Shown here: positions 23,253 through 37,220 of the stretch, piece after piece | Numbering within the stretch: position 1 is the first letter of the stretch | Layout: each line of letters opens with the position of its first letter | From: Dictyostelium discoideum | Lineage: Eukaryota | Length of the DNA stretch: 64,000 bases | Direction of reading: 5' to 3' | Assembly: GCA_000004695.1 (NCBI GenBank) | Contig: CM000151.3 | Span: forward strand, 3,616,001 to 3,680,000 | Notes under the pieces: generated by a model | Database searches by the model: none | Told to the model about the DNA's origin: nothing | Seen by the model: only the letters and a program-made list of their open reading frames with translations | Translations under genes and position numbers: made by a program

Positions 23253-23321
23253 GTTTTAAAAATAATATAATTTACTGATTCTTTTTTTATTTTTTTTTTG
23301 GGGAGGTAGAGGGGTTTTGAA

Positions 23322-23957
23322 CTAGTTTTTTTTTTTTTTTATTAATTCTATTATTGATTTTTCTTCAAAATGTGGGCACATTGATTTCGGAGTTTGTAAA
23401 ATCTTGTCAAATTGACAGGAGGACCAATCTGATTGACAGTTTTCTTTACATAGAAAAAGTTTAACATCACCATTATTTGGATCACATAGAATTTTTTGGA
23501 AAGGATTTCCACTTTTATCATTGTTTATTGAACATGTTTCATTTTTATAAGTGATAATTAAAGCATGATCTTTACATTGTTTTTCTCTATTAATAATTTC
23601 ATTATCTAATAATTGAATTTCATTACAATATTCATGGTTATTACTTTTTGGTATTGATAATTGATGTTTATTTTCATGTAAAATAAAGTAAAATGAAATT
23701 TCACCTTCTGGAATACAAACATTTAATTCATTAGTATAAACTAAATTTTCATCAAATGTTTGAGTAATTATTTTATTTCCAGTTTTATTATTACATCCAA
23801 TTATTTCAACTTTTCCATTTCTTAAATCTTTATTATAAAATTTAATTGCTTCTGGTTTTCCTTCACAGTTTTTATTATCATATATAATTTCTACCAATTC
23901 AAGACAATTGATATTATTAAATAATATAAATAATAAAAATAAAATTATTAATTTCAT
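23322..23957 (-). CDS. Secreted cysteine-rich protein (signal peptide plus about 16 Cys), paralogous to the next gene
   Basis: MKLIILFLLFILFNNINC signal peptide. The mature N-terminus LELVEIIYDNKNCEGKPEAIKF parallels LEYIQAMYDNKDCKNTPISIQ of the 24497..25351 protein. Single exon. Confidence 0.5.
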   Translation of the reverse strand: MKLIILFLLFILFNNINCLELVEIIYDNKNCEGKPEAIKFYNKDLRNGKVEIIGCNNKTGNKIITQTFDENLVYTNELNVCIPEGEISFYFILHENKHQLSIPKSNNHEYCNEIQLLDNEIINREKQCKDHALIITYKNETCSINNDKSGNPFQKILCDPNNGDVKLFLCKENCQSDWSSCQFDKILQTPKSMCPHFEEKSIIELIKKKKN

Positions 23958-24156
23958 TTTATTATTAATATTTCTATTTTTAATATAAAAAATTAACAAA
24001 AAAAAAAAAAAATTATTATTCTATTGATAGAATAAAAAAAAAAAAAAAAAAAATAATAATAATATAGTTAGGGGGAGAGGGGGTATAATCAAAAAACTAA
24101 TTATAAATAACCACACCAATAAATAATTTTTATTAAAAAAATAAAAAATTATACAT

Positions 24157-24405
24157 ATCACCCGTCCAACAAAAAAAAAAATGAATTAATTTCAAAAAGA
24201 ATTCAGACACTTTTTTAATTTTTTTGGTAATTATAAATTTAGGTAAAGAAAGCTTATTTCTAATCCATTTTTATTTTGGAAAATACCAATGAAATCCTCT
24301 TCTCTTCAAGATTTTATTTTTCAAAAAAAATATAGTCCACAAACACCATATTAAAAAAATGTATGCAAAAGTTCGACAGTTTTTTTAGACTGTTGGACGG
24401 GTGTA
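24157..24405. mobile_element. Candidate non-autonomous DNA-transposon remnant (MITE-like): about 250-bp element bounded by 12-13 bp perfect terminal inverted repeats
   Basis: CACCCGTCCAAC at 24159-24170 and its exact reverse complement GTTGGACGGGTG at 24392-24403. The interior has no ORF and a higher GC content than the flanks. It sits between two paralogous genes. Confidence 0.3.
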
Positions 24406-24496
24406 ATAAATAAAAAAAAAAAAAAATAAATAATTCAAGGTTTAAATTAAAAGTATTAAAATTTTAATATTACTAGTTTTTTATTTTTTATTTTAT

Positions 24497-25351
24497 TTAA
24501 AATAATATTAAAATTAATAATGATAAACTAATTAAAAGGAAGAAAGATACGTATATTTTTTGGGCATTGCTTTTGCCAGTAGTTGAGGCACCTCCACTAT
24601 TTCCTGCATTTGATGTAGCTCCACCATTTCCAGAAGCGGCTCCAGTTGCTCCACTACCACCAGTTGCTGAGGTACCATTATTTCCAGTACCACCACCACC
24701 AGTAGCACCAGAAGAAGAAGATGTACTTGAAGTATCAACTTTACCATCAATTTTAATTAAATCTTGAATATTTTTTGATTTAATATTTGGACAGGATGAA
24801 ATACTTTTTAATTCTTTATCAAATACACAACCACTGACCCCAGAAGCTTTACGGCAATCAGATGGGCAATTATAACGTTTTACAACATTTCCATTACAAA
24901 GATAACGATTGAAATAACCGTTTGATTGTGGACCAACACATGCACCATTTAAATAAGAATTTAATAAAATGTTTTCACAATCATCATCGGCAAATTGAAC
25001 CAATTCTGAACAGTATCCATTAATTCCTGAAACATTTGCATTTTCATTTAAAAACATTTGAGCCAATGAACCTGTTAAACAATAATTTACATCTTGATCA
25101 TATGCTGATGGAGTTTTTGAACTACAATCACTTGGTGATTTAATACCATATGAAATTGTTACTCTTTTACTTGATTGTGGTACAACATAAATTCCTTTTG
25201 CACATTGTGATGATGATTGAATTGAAATTGGTGTATTTTTACAATCTTTATTATCATACATTGCTTGAATATATTCTAATCCATTTACAACATTTTTAAA
25301 AATACAATAATTTATTACTGTAAATAATAATATAATTTTTAAAATTTTCAT
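24497..25351 (-). CDS. Secreted cysteine-rich protein with a Ser/Gly/Thr-rich linker and a C-terminal hydrophobic tail (probable GPI anchor); ponticulin-like/prespore-surface type (hypothesis)
   Basis: Signal peptide MKILKIILLFTVINYCIF, a Cys-rich core, ...TSSTSSSSGATGGGGTGNNGTSATGGSGATGAASGNGG..., then KIYVSFFLLISLSLLILILF* (a hydrophobic C-terminus with no basic stop-transfer, typical of a GPI signal). Confidence 0.5.
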   Translation of the reverse strand: MKILKIILLFTVINYCIFKNVVNGLEYIQAMYDNKDCKNTPISIQSSSQCAKGIYVVPQSSKRVTISYGIKSPSDCSSKTPSAYDQDVNYCLTGSLAQMFLNENANVSGINGYCSELVQFADDDCENILLNSYLNGACVGPQSNGYFNRYLCNGNVVKRYNCPSDCRKASGVSGCVFDKELKSISSCPNIKSKNIQDLIKIDGKVDTSSTSSSSGATGGGGTGNNGTSATGGSGATGAASGNGGATSNAGNSGGASTTGKSNAQKIYVSFFLLISLSLLILILF

Positions 25352-25807
25352 TTTAATATGGGGTTCTATTTTATAATATAAAAAAAAATAATATAAAATA
25401 AAAAAAAAAAAAAAAAAAAATAAAAGTTAATAGAAAAAAAAAAAAAAAAAAAAAAAAAACAAAAAAAAGATAGAAAAAAAAAAAAAATAATAAAAAAAAT
25501 AATTAAACAAAAAAAAAAAAAAAAAAAAAATTATTATAATTTGGGTTTTAACTTTACATAGATATATTTTTACATATAAAAAATTAACTTCCACCCACAC
25601 ACCCACATTCTCAATAGATTCAAAAACACCTAACCACAAAAAAAAAAAAAAAAAAAAATAATATAAAAAAAATTAAAATTAAAAATAGAAAAAGACAAAG
25701 GGTAGTATAATTTATTGAAAAAATAAGAAAATAATTATTTAATAAATTATTTTATATTTATTTTTTATATTGATTTGATTTATTTTTATTTTTTTTTATT
25801 TTTTTTA

Positions 25808-27317
<1,510 letters not shown>

Positions 27318-27363
27318 TTATATTTTTTTTTGTTTTAACTGAAAAGAATATTTAATTAAGGTT

Positions 27364-27397
<34 letters not shown>

Positions 27398-28878
27398 TCT
27401 TTTAAAAAAAAAAATAAAAAAAATAAAAAAAAAGGTTCGGAGATCATTTTTTTAAAAATATTTATATCTCCCACATATTTACACCTATAAAAATAATGAC
27501 CCACCACAACAAAGAAAGAATAGATCCAAATTAAACTCTAATAATAATTTTGATCTCCCAATGAGCATAATAAAAATTAAAAAATCTATGATACTTGAAA
27601 ATAAAATCTGTTTCATGTTTGTATTATGGAAAAAAAAATTTAAAACATATTCTCTGAGGGTGTTTTGTGGTGTTTTAACAAATACTATAAAATTAAATTC
27701 AATGATAAATAAAATAAAAAAAATGGAAAAAATATGCAAGTTATTAAAAAAAAACAAGGAACGGAAAGGAAATTAAAAAAATACCCCCTTTTTCCAAATG
27801 GGGAAAAGGTCAACACTAAAACAGAAAATTTAAATAAAGAAATTTTAATTTTTATTAACATTTTTTTATTTTTTTTTAATTTTAAATTACACTATTTTAA
27901 ATTTTACTATTTTGGGTGGCGAAAAACGAAAAAAAAAAAAAAAAATGAAATTAACCCCACCAAAAATAAAAACACTAAAAAACAAAAAAAATCTAAGATT
28001 CAACATGTAATATTTTTGTTATTTTTAATTATTTTTATTGTTATTATTATTAGTTTTTTTTAATTTTGTTTTTATTTTAATAATTGTGTTGGTAAAAAAG
28101 GCTTAGAATTAATATTGAGATGGTCTTTAATCTTTTATCTTTTAAATAAACTTTTAAGAGTATTTACCATTTTTTTTTTTGGTCATTTTAAACCAATTAA
28201 TATATTAACTTTGTTTTTTAATTAAAGTAATATAAAAGAGTATTTAAAAAAAAAAGGTCGTTTATTGTTCTGGTGAAATTTTTTAAATAATTTTTTAATG
28301 ATATATTGTTTTTTTAATAAAATAGTAAATAGAACCAACTGAATTGAGGTTATTGTGTGAAAAATAATATTTTTTCTTCCTATTTAACGAAAAGTAAAAA
28401 ATAGGCCCATATATTAATTAAAAAGAGTAATTAATTAATTTAAACATCAAAAACTGTAAATTAGAAAGAAGAAGAAAAAGAATAGGAAAAGGGAAAGTTT
28501 GTTAATAATTTTTACAAATATTACCACTTGGATTTTTTTTTTGAACATTAGATATAGGGTACTTTCTATCAAAGATGTCTTAACTATTTTTTATTTTTTA
28601 TTTTTTTTTTTTATTTTTAATTTTTTTTTTTTGTTTAATTATTTTTAAGAATAAACAATAATAAAAAAAAACAAAATTATTGTAATTTAGATTTTAACTT
28701 TATATTGACATATTTTAAAAATTGACTTTCATGCACACCACACTCTCAAAAGATTCAAAAACACCTAACAAAATTTAAAAAATAAAAATGAAAATTAAAA
28801 ATAGAAAAGACAAACAGAAGTTTGGTTTATTGAAAAAATAAAAAAAATAATTATTAATCAATTATTTTTTTTTTTTTT

Positions 28879-30423
<1,545 letters not shown>

Positions 30424-31226
30424 TTTTTTTTTTTTTTGTTATTTTTTAACTTAAAAAAAATATTCGATTCTTTTTTTTTTTTATTTATACTCTTTTTATT
30501 TTTTTTAAATTTTTTAGTTCAAAAAAAAAACAGAAAAAAACAAACAAAAGAAATCTGAGAAGATTTTTTTTAAAAATATCCCCTAAATCTACCCAATTTA
30601 TATACTTTTTTTTTTTTTTTTTATACAAGTAAAGATGATGTTTTTAAAATTGAACAGGAACTTGGAAATTATATCATTTTTATGTTTTATTTGATTTTTT
30701 TTGAAAATATTTAATAGAAAAATTCTTTTTAATTGGAAGCCGAATTAATACTCATTAATTTTAACCCAATAAAAAAAAAAAAAAATAAAAAAAATAAACC
30801 CGGAAATAAATTTTATTTTGATTTCCGATGAGCGAATGAGAACAAAATAAAAATTAAATTTTAAATTTTTTAATTAGGTCAGAGGAACAGTCTAAAAAAA
30901 AAAACCAAAAAAAAAAAAATTGTTTATCAAAAAAAAAAAAATTAAGAAACAGAATTTTTTTATTTATTTTTTTTTTTTTTAAAAATTTTTGGAAAGAAAA
31001 AAAAGAAATAATAAATAATATCTTATTCTGAGAAAAAAAAACAAAAAAAATAAAAAAATTAAAAAAAAAATTAAAATAAATAATTTATTATTCAAACTAT
31101 TATTATTTTTTTTATTTTTTTTATTATTTTCTATTTTATTTTTATGTCAATATTGTTTAATTTTTTTTTTTAATTTTTTTTTCAATTAATTCAGTTTTAC
31201 TAATATTTTTTATAAACATTACACCT

Positions 31227-31274
<48 letters not shown>

Positions 31275-31565
31275 TTTGAGAATAAAAATAATCAAAATTG
31301 TAAAACCAACTATTATTCCCCTTTTGTGCTTTTTTTATTATATTATCGAAAAGGTAAAAAAATAAGAAATTTTTAATTTTAAGAAAATGTTTCAAAAAAA
31401 AAGTTTTAAAAAAAAAAAAAAATTTTAAAAAAAAAAAACACTCTTTTTTTTTTTTTTTTTTTTTTTTTCTTTTTTATCTGTTTCATTAATAAAAAAAAAG
31501 TAAATTAAATCAAATAAATAAATATATAGATATAAAGATATAAAAAAAAAAAAAAAAAAAAAAAA

Positions 31566-32368
31566 ATGGATCAAAGTGAAATTGTAAAATTAAATAAAAT
31601 AAAAGCAAAGAGTGCATGGTTAAAAAAAGGTGCAGCAAGAAGTAGTGCAATTTCATGTGGTCTTGGTATAGGTATTGGTTTTGGTATTGCTTTATTCATT
31701 TTCTCACAAACTTTAAGAGGTTTTGGTATTTATTTAGCAGGTTTATGTACTTTCCATATGTGGGAATATATTTGGGTTACAATGTATCATCCTGATAAAT
31801 TATCAAGTAAATGTATGCAAAAAATAAAATAAAAAAATAAAATAAAAAAATAAAAAAAAATAAAAAAAAATAAAAAAACATACTAATAATAATTATAATA
31901 GCATTTTTATTAAATCATAGTCCACAGTTTAATATGGCATTATTAATTAGTTTTATTGAGTTTTGGATTGAATGGTATTTCTTCCCATCATTGAAAACAT
32001 TCTCATTATGGTGGGTAGGTGCCATTTGTATGGTATTCGGTCAAATTGTTAGATCGGTTGCAATGGATACAGCAGGTTCAAATTTCACTCATTTGGTTCA
32101 AGAAGAAAAGAGAGATGATCATGTTTTAGTTACAAATGGTATCTATCAATATATGAGACATCCATCTTATTTTGGTTGGTTTGTTTGGTCAGTATCAACT
32201 CAAGTCATCCTTATGAATCCAATTAGTATTATTGGCTTTGGTTGGGCTTCTTGGAGTTTCTTTTCTCAAAGAATTGAAAATGAAGAAGATTATTTAATTC
32301 AATTTTTTGGAAAATCTTATAAAGATTATAAAAAATCAGTTTGGTCTGGTATTCCAGGTATTCATTGA
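31566..32368 (+). CDS. icmt: Protein-S-isoprenylcysteine O-methyltransferase (ICMT/Ste14); 2 exons, 31566..31806 and 31902..32368
   Basis: ...GLCTFHMWEYIWVTMYHPDKLS|TFLLNHSPQFNMALLISFIEFW...HVLVTNGIYQYMRHPSYFGWFVWSVSTQVILMNPIS...EEDYLIQFFGKSYKDYKKSVWSGIP. The exon join was chosen because it recreates FLLNHS, which is identical to human ICMT. Donor tcaa|GTAAAT, acceptor aataatag|CA, phase 1. Confidence 0.75.
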
Positions 32369-32599
32369 AAAATTGGAACTATAGTCTTAATTTAATAAAT
32401 TTATAATAAAAAAAATATAATAAATAAATAAATAAATAAATAAACGATTTTAGAAATGTATTTTTATAACAATATAAATAGAGTTTTAAAAAAAAAAAAA
32501 AAAAAAATCTTAAAAAATAAAAAAAAAATTAAAAATTAAACAGTTGATCAAAAATTTTATGTGAATAAATGAACAACCAAACCCAAAAAAAAAAAAAAA

Positions 32600-32642
<43 letters not shown>

Positions 32643-32703
32643 ATTTTTTGAAAAATTTTTTTTTTAATTAATTTTTTATATAAAGTCAATTTGTCTATAT
32701 TTT

Positions 32704-32737
<34 letters not shown>

Positions 32738-32909
32738 CCCTAACAGTTTTTTTTTTTTTTTTTTGTTTTTACATATTTTTTCCTTGTAATAGTATATATT
32801 TAAAAATAATAAAATAAAAAAAAAAAAAAAAACTGTATTAAAAAAAAAAAAAATTGTAGTATATTAGTTTATTAAATAATTTGTAATTATAATAGAAATA
32901 AAAATAAAA

Positions 32910-34253
32910 ATGAATAACGAAGAATATGATGAAAATAATAATAATGATGTTGGTGGTGAAGAATATTATGACAATTATAATTTTGAACCAATTTGGGTAA
33001 GAGCGTTATATGATTATGATGCAGCTGACGATACAGAGATTAGTTTCAAAGAGAATGATGTTATATGTATTACACAAGATTTTGAAGATGGTTGGTGGAA
33101 TGGTGATCTCAATGGTAATGTTGGTAGAGTTCCTGCAAATTATTTCGAATATTTAAATCAAGATCAAACTGGTGATTATCAACAAGACAATTATGATGAT
33201 GCTCAAGATCAACAACAACAACAATACTACGAAGGTGAAGATGGCCAACTATATTACACTGGTGAAGATGGTCAACAATACTATTATGACGGTGGTCAAG
33301 AACAACAACAACAACAATACGATGGTGGTGATTATGATCAACAAAACCAACAAGAAGGATATGGCGACGATGGTGACGATGAAGAAGGAGGTAATATTGG
33401 TAGTGGTGGTGTTAAGAAAATCGATGAAGCTAGAAAAGAATTGTTAAGACAAAAGAGAGAGGTCTATAAAAAAGAGATGAAAGATCTTCAAGATAATTTA
33501 AAGAATCAAAATGATTGTAAAGATAGATTAGGTACCAGTGTAGAGTCATTAGAGAAGAAAAGAGATGAATTAGAGGACCATATTAGATTATTGAAACTTT
33601 TGAAATTTATAAATTTAGAAATCATAAAGACAGAGATTGATATTGATGTTGATTCCGACTCTTCAACTACATCACGTCAAACTGGTATTGCAATTACACA
33701 AGATTTAAAATCAATTAGAACTTTATTAGGTATTAAATCTTCAACATCCTCCTCTTCTTCATCATCATCATCCTCTGCAGTCGATGCACCAAAAAAACAA
33801 TTTGATTTGAAATTGGAAGATATTGAAAAGAAAGTAATTAATAATTTAAATTTATTAGATAGTTGTGATAATTTAAAGAAATCTTTATTATTAAGTTTAC
33901 AACTATTTCAAACAACTTATTTAAATGGAAATGGTATACCACCACCATCACCTACTAGAATTAAATCAATACCTACCAATTCAACAAATATACAGCAACA
34001 ACAACAACAACAACAACAACCACCACTACCACCATCCTCTTCCTCCAATACTAATACTTCAAATAATTTTTATGTTTCAACATCATCCACACCATCAAAT
34101 GCATTCTTTAGTGCACCTTCAACTCCATTATCTGATAAAGATAAAAGAAAATCTGTTAAAGAAGCTAAAAAAGAAGAAAAAAAATTAGAAAAAGAACTTA
34201 AAAAAGAAGAAAAAAAAGAAGAAAAGAAATTAGAAAAAAAAGTTTCAAAATAA
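32910..34253 (+). CDS. SH3 domain-containing protein with a Q/D/Y-rich middle, a coiled coil and a K/E-rich C-terminus (447 aa, single exon)
   Basis: The N-terminus ALYDYDAADDTEISFKENDVICITQDFEDGWWNGDLNGNVGRVPANYFE is a canonical SH3 (ALYDY...W W.G......G.vP.NYv). Confidence 0.6.
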   Translation: MNNEEYDENNNNDVGGEEYYDNYNFEPIWVRALYDYDAADDTEISFKENDVICITQDFEDGWWNGDLNGNVGRVPANYFEYLNQDQTGDYQQDNYDDAQDQQQQQYYEGEDGQLYYTGEDGQQYYYDGGQEQQQQQYDGGDYDQQNQQEGYGDDGDDEEGGNIGSGGVKKIDEARKELLRQKREVYKKEMKDLQDNLKNQNDCKDRLGTSVESLEKKRDELEDHIRLLKLLKFINLEIIKTEIDIDVDSDSSTTSRQTGIAITQDLKSIRTLLGIKSSTSSSSSSSSSSAVDAPKKQFDLKLEDIEKKVINNLNLLDSCDNLKKSLLLSLQLFQTTYLNGNGIPPPSPTRIKSIPTNSTNIQQQQQQQQQPPLPPSSSSNTNTSNNFYVSTSSTPSNAFFSAPSTPLSDKDKRKSVKEAKKEEKKLEKELKKEEKKEEKKLEKKVSK

Positions 34254-34441
34254 ACTTCTTTTTTTTTTTTTTTTTTTTAATATATATATTATTTAAATTA
34301 TTCACATATATTTTTCAATAAAAAAAATAAAATAAAAAAAATAAAAAAATGATTAAAAAAAAAAAAAAAAATTATTTTATTTATATATTTTTATTTTATT
34401 TCTTTTTATTTAATTATTATTTTATATAATTATTATTATTA

Positions 34442-35343
34442 TTATTCTTCTTCTTCATAATCAACATCTTTAATTTCTTCATCAGCAAATAATGACCAAT
34501 CAACTTGAGCAGCAACTTCTTCTAATTTTGGTTTAATTGAAGCTACAGTGATATTTGAAGCTTCTTCACCTTCCTCCATTAATCTTGAATCTGAAGCATT
34601 CAATGATGTATCTTGTTCGAATAATTGTCTACCTGTTAATTTATTTAATTGTTTCTCTTTTTTAAATGGTTTAGTTTCCTCTATAAATTTCTTTCTCCAT
34701 GCTAAAAATGCCTCTTCTGTGACTGGTGTACCTTCGAATGGTCTTTCATCATCTTCAGCCTCTGAGGAGGATGATTGTTCACTCTCTTCTAAATCTGGAT
34801 CAATATTATTCTCATCAACCCATTCTTTAATTAAACCACACAATATAAATATCATTGACATACCAATATTATTCTCTGCTTCTTGTATAACTTTACCTTG
34901 TAATTCTAAAATATCCTCTTTCTCTAATCCTAAATGAGGTATTAAATCAATCTTTGGTATTGAATTTGGATAATCAACTGAAAATATAATATCTAAAATA
35001 ATTGCAACTATTTCAATTTAAATATATGATAATTATCATATGATAATTAATAATTATTTTAATTTTTATAAAAATTTTTAAATCTATTGAATTCAATAAA
35101 AACTTACCAAAATTTGGTTCATCACCACCTGGATTTGGTAGTAATGTAATTTGTACATGATCTGAATCTATACCTATGGAAAAAAAAAAAAAAAGGGTTA
35201 ATAAGAATTTATTGGATGTTAAAAAAAAAAAAAGGAAAAAAAAAAAAAAAGTGTGGTTATTAATATAAAGGATATTTACTATTGAAATGATCCATATAAA
35301 TGGCTGATAAAGCCTCAACTTCCATATCTTTTTCTTCACTCAT
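34442..35343 (-). CDS. rwdd1: RWD domain-containing protein 1 (RWDD1/DFRP2-like), about 231 aa; 3 exons, 35280..35343, 35108..35173 and 34442..35007
   Basis: MSEEKDMEVEALSAIYMDHFN|SIDSDHVQITLLPNPGGDEPNF|VAIILDIIFSVDYPNSIPKIDL...NIGMSMIFILCGLIKEWVDEN...FEGTPVTEEAFLAWRKKF...KLTGRQLFEQDTSL...*, collinear with human RWDD1 (NELEALESIYPDSF, LGMVMIFTLVTAVQEKLNE, FHGTPVTIENFLNWKAKF, KLSGKQLFE). GTAAAT and GTAAGT donors. Confidence 0.75.
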
Positions 35344-35522
35344 TTTAAGTATTTGTATATATATTGTTTATTTTATTAGATAGGATTTAAATCTAATTAT
35401 TATATTGGTTTTATTATACAATTGAAATTGAATTTTGATGTTTTTCTTTCTTTTAATATTTTACAATATTGAACCACACAACCCAAAATTGATCGATTTT
35501 TTTTTTTTTATTTTTTTTTTTA

Positions 35523-35565
<43 letters not shown>

Positions 35566-35661
35566 AAAAAAATTAATTTTCATTTTTTACATTTTTTTTT
35601 TTTTTTTTATATTTTTCATTTTTTAATTTTAATAATAAACGAATAATAATATTGTTTAATA

Positions 35662-36474
35662 ATGAATAAAAATAAAAAAGGATTTAAACTTTTTTTTATA
35701 TTTCCAGTTATTGCATTTGGATTAGGTACTTGGCAAGTTTATAGATATGATTGGAAGAAAAGATTAATTCAGAGAGCAAAAGATAGAATGGAGGAAGATC
35801 CAATCGAATTATCAAATTCATTCATAAAGAATTTTAAAGGTAGTAGTTTTGGTGATTTAAATAAATATGAATTTAGAAGAGTATATTTAAATGGAAAAGT
35901 AATTGATAACCAATACGTCTTACTTGGACCAAGATCCATTGATGGTACATTGGGCTACTACGTCATCTCACCATTACAATTATCAGATGGCACTAGAATT
36001 CTCTTAAATAGGGGTTGGAGTGCTTCAACCCCAAAATCAAATTATAAAATTCCCTATGCAATTGAAGAATTAAAATTAATTCATCAAAAAGAAAAAGAAC
36101 AAGGACAACAACAAGGAAATCAAGAATCAATTTTATATAGATATTTTAATATTTTAGGTGTAATTAGTAAAACTAAAGAAAGAGGTAGTGCATTTACACC
36201 AACTAATCAACCTGAGAAAGGACAATGGTATAGTTTAGATGTTGATGCAATGGCTGATCAATTGAATACCGAACCTTTAATGATCAATACTATGGATGAA
36301 ACTGAAATTAATTCCAAACCATCATCATTACCAAATCCACAATTCAAAAGATTCGATAACGATGTTGAAAGTAGTTTCCATAATAAACATATGTCTTATA
36401 TTGGAACTTGGTATACTTTATCAGCTTCATTATTTTTTATTTATTTTAGATATATGAGAAAATTACCAAAATAA
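35662..36474 (+). CDS. surf1: SURF1/Shy1 cytochrome c oxidase assembly protein (270 aa, single exon)
   Basis: [23 protein letters not shown]...ILLNRGW...[10 protein letters not shown]...[20 protein letters not shown], against human SURF1 [22 protein letters not shown]...ILVNRGF...HWHYRDLEAMA...HLQYIVTWYGLSAAT. Confidence 0.75.
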   Translation: [270 protein letters not shown]

Positions 36475-36958
36475 TAAAATTACCAAAATAATTAAAATAA
36501 TTAAAATAGTAATAATAATAAAAAAAATAATAAAAATATATATATATATGTAAATATTTGACACGTTGGTAAAAATAAAAAATAAAAATAAAAATAGTTG
36601 TTAAAACCAACAAAGCAACATCACATTTTTCATATCTTGAAAATTTTTTTTTTTTGATTTTTTTTTTTTTTTTTTTTTTAAAATTTTTCAAAAATTTTAT
36701 GTTTTGTTTTTAATTTTTATTTTTTTTTTATTTTATTTTTTTTTTTTTTCCATACAACAAGATTTTTTTAATTTTTTTTTTTTTTTTTCTAATTTTTTTT
36801 TTTTTCTTTTTACTTTTCATCGCGTGGTCTTTTTTTTATTATTTTTTTATTTTTTAATATTAAATAATTTTTTGGGTATAACACCAATACCATCACCATC
36901 ATTCTATTATAGTATAGTTTGAAAACTATACAAAAGAAAAAAAAAAAAAAAAAAAAAA

Positions 36959-37165
36959 ATGGATACAGTTTTAAATAATATTAATCAAAGTAGATATTTC
37001 AATGATTCAACAGCAAATACTAAAATTGAAGAAATCAAGAAGCATTTAGATAGTCCATCTGATGCTGATAAACTTGAAAGTATGAAAAAGTTAATCGCTG
37101 TATGTATATATAATAAAATAAATAAATAAATAAAATGATGATGATGATGATGATGATTAATATTA

Positions 37166-37220
<55 letters not shown>

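Noticed and set aside
36446-36922. ORFs 36446..36691 (-) and 36704..36922 (+)
   Set aside because: Poly-F/Y/K translations of T- and A-homopolymer spacer between surf1 and ap3b. There is no codon structure.
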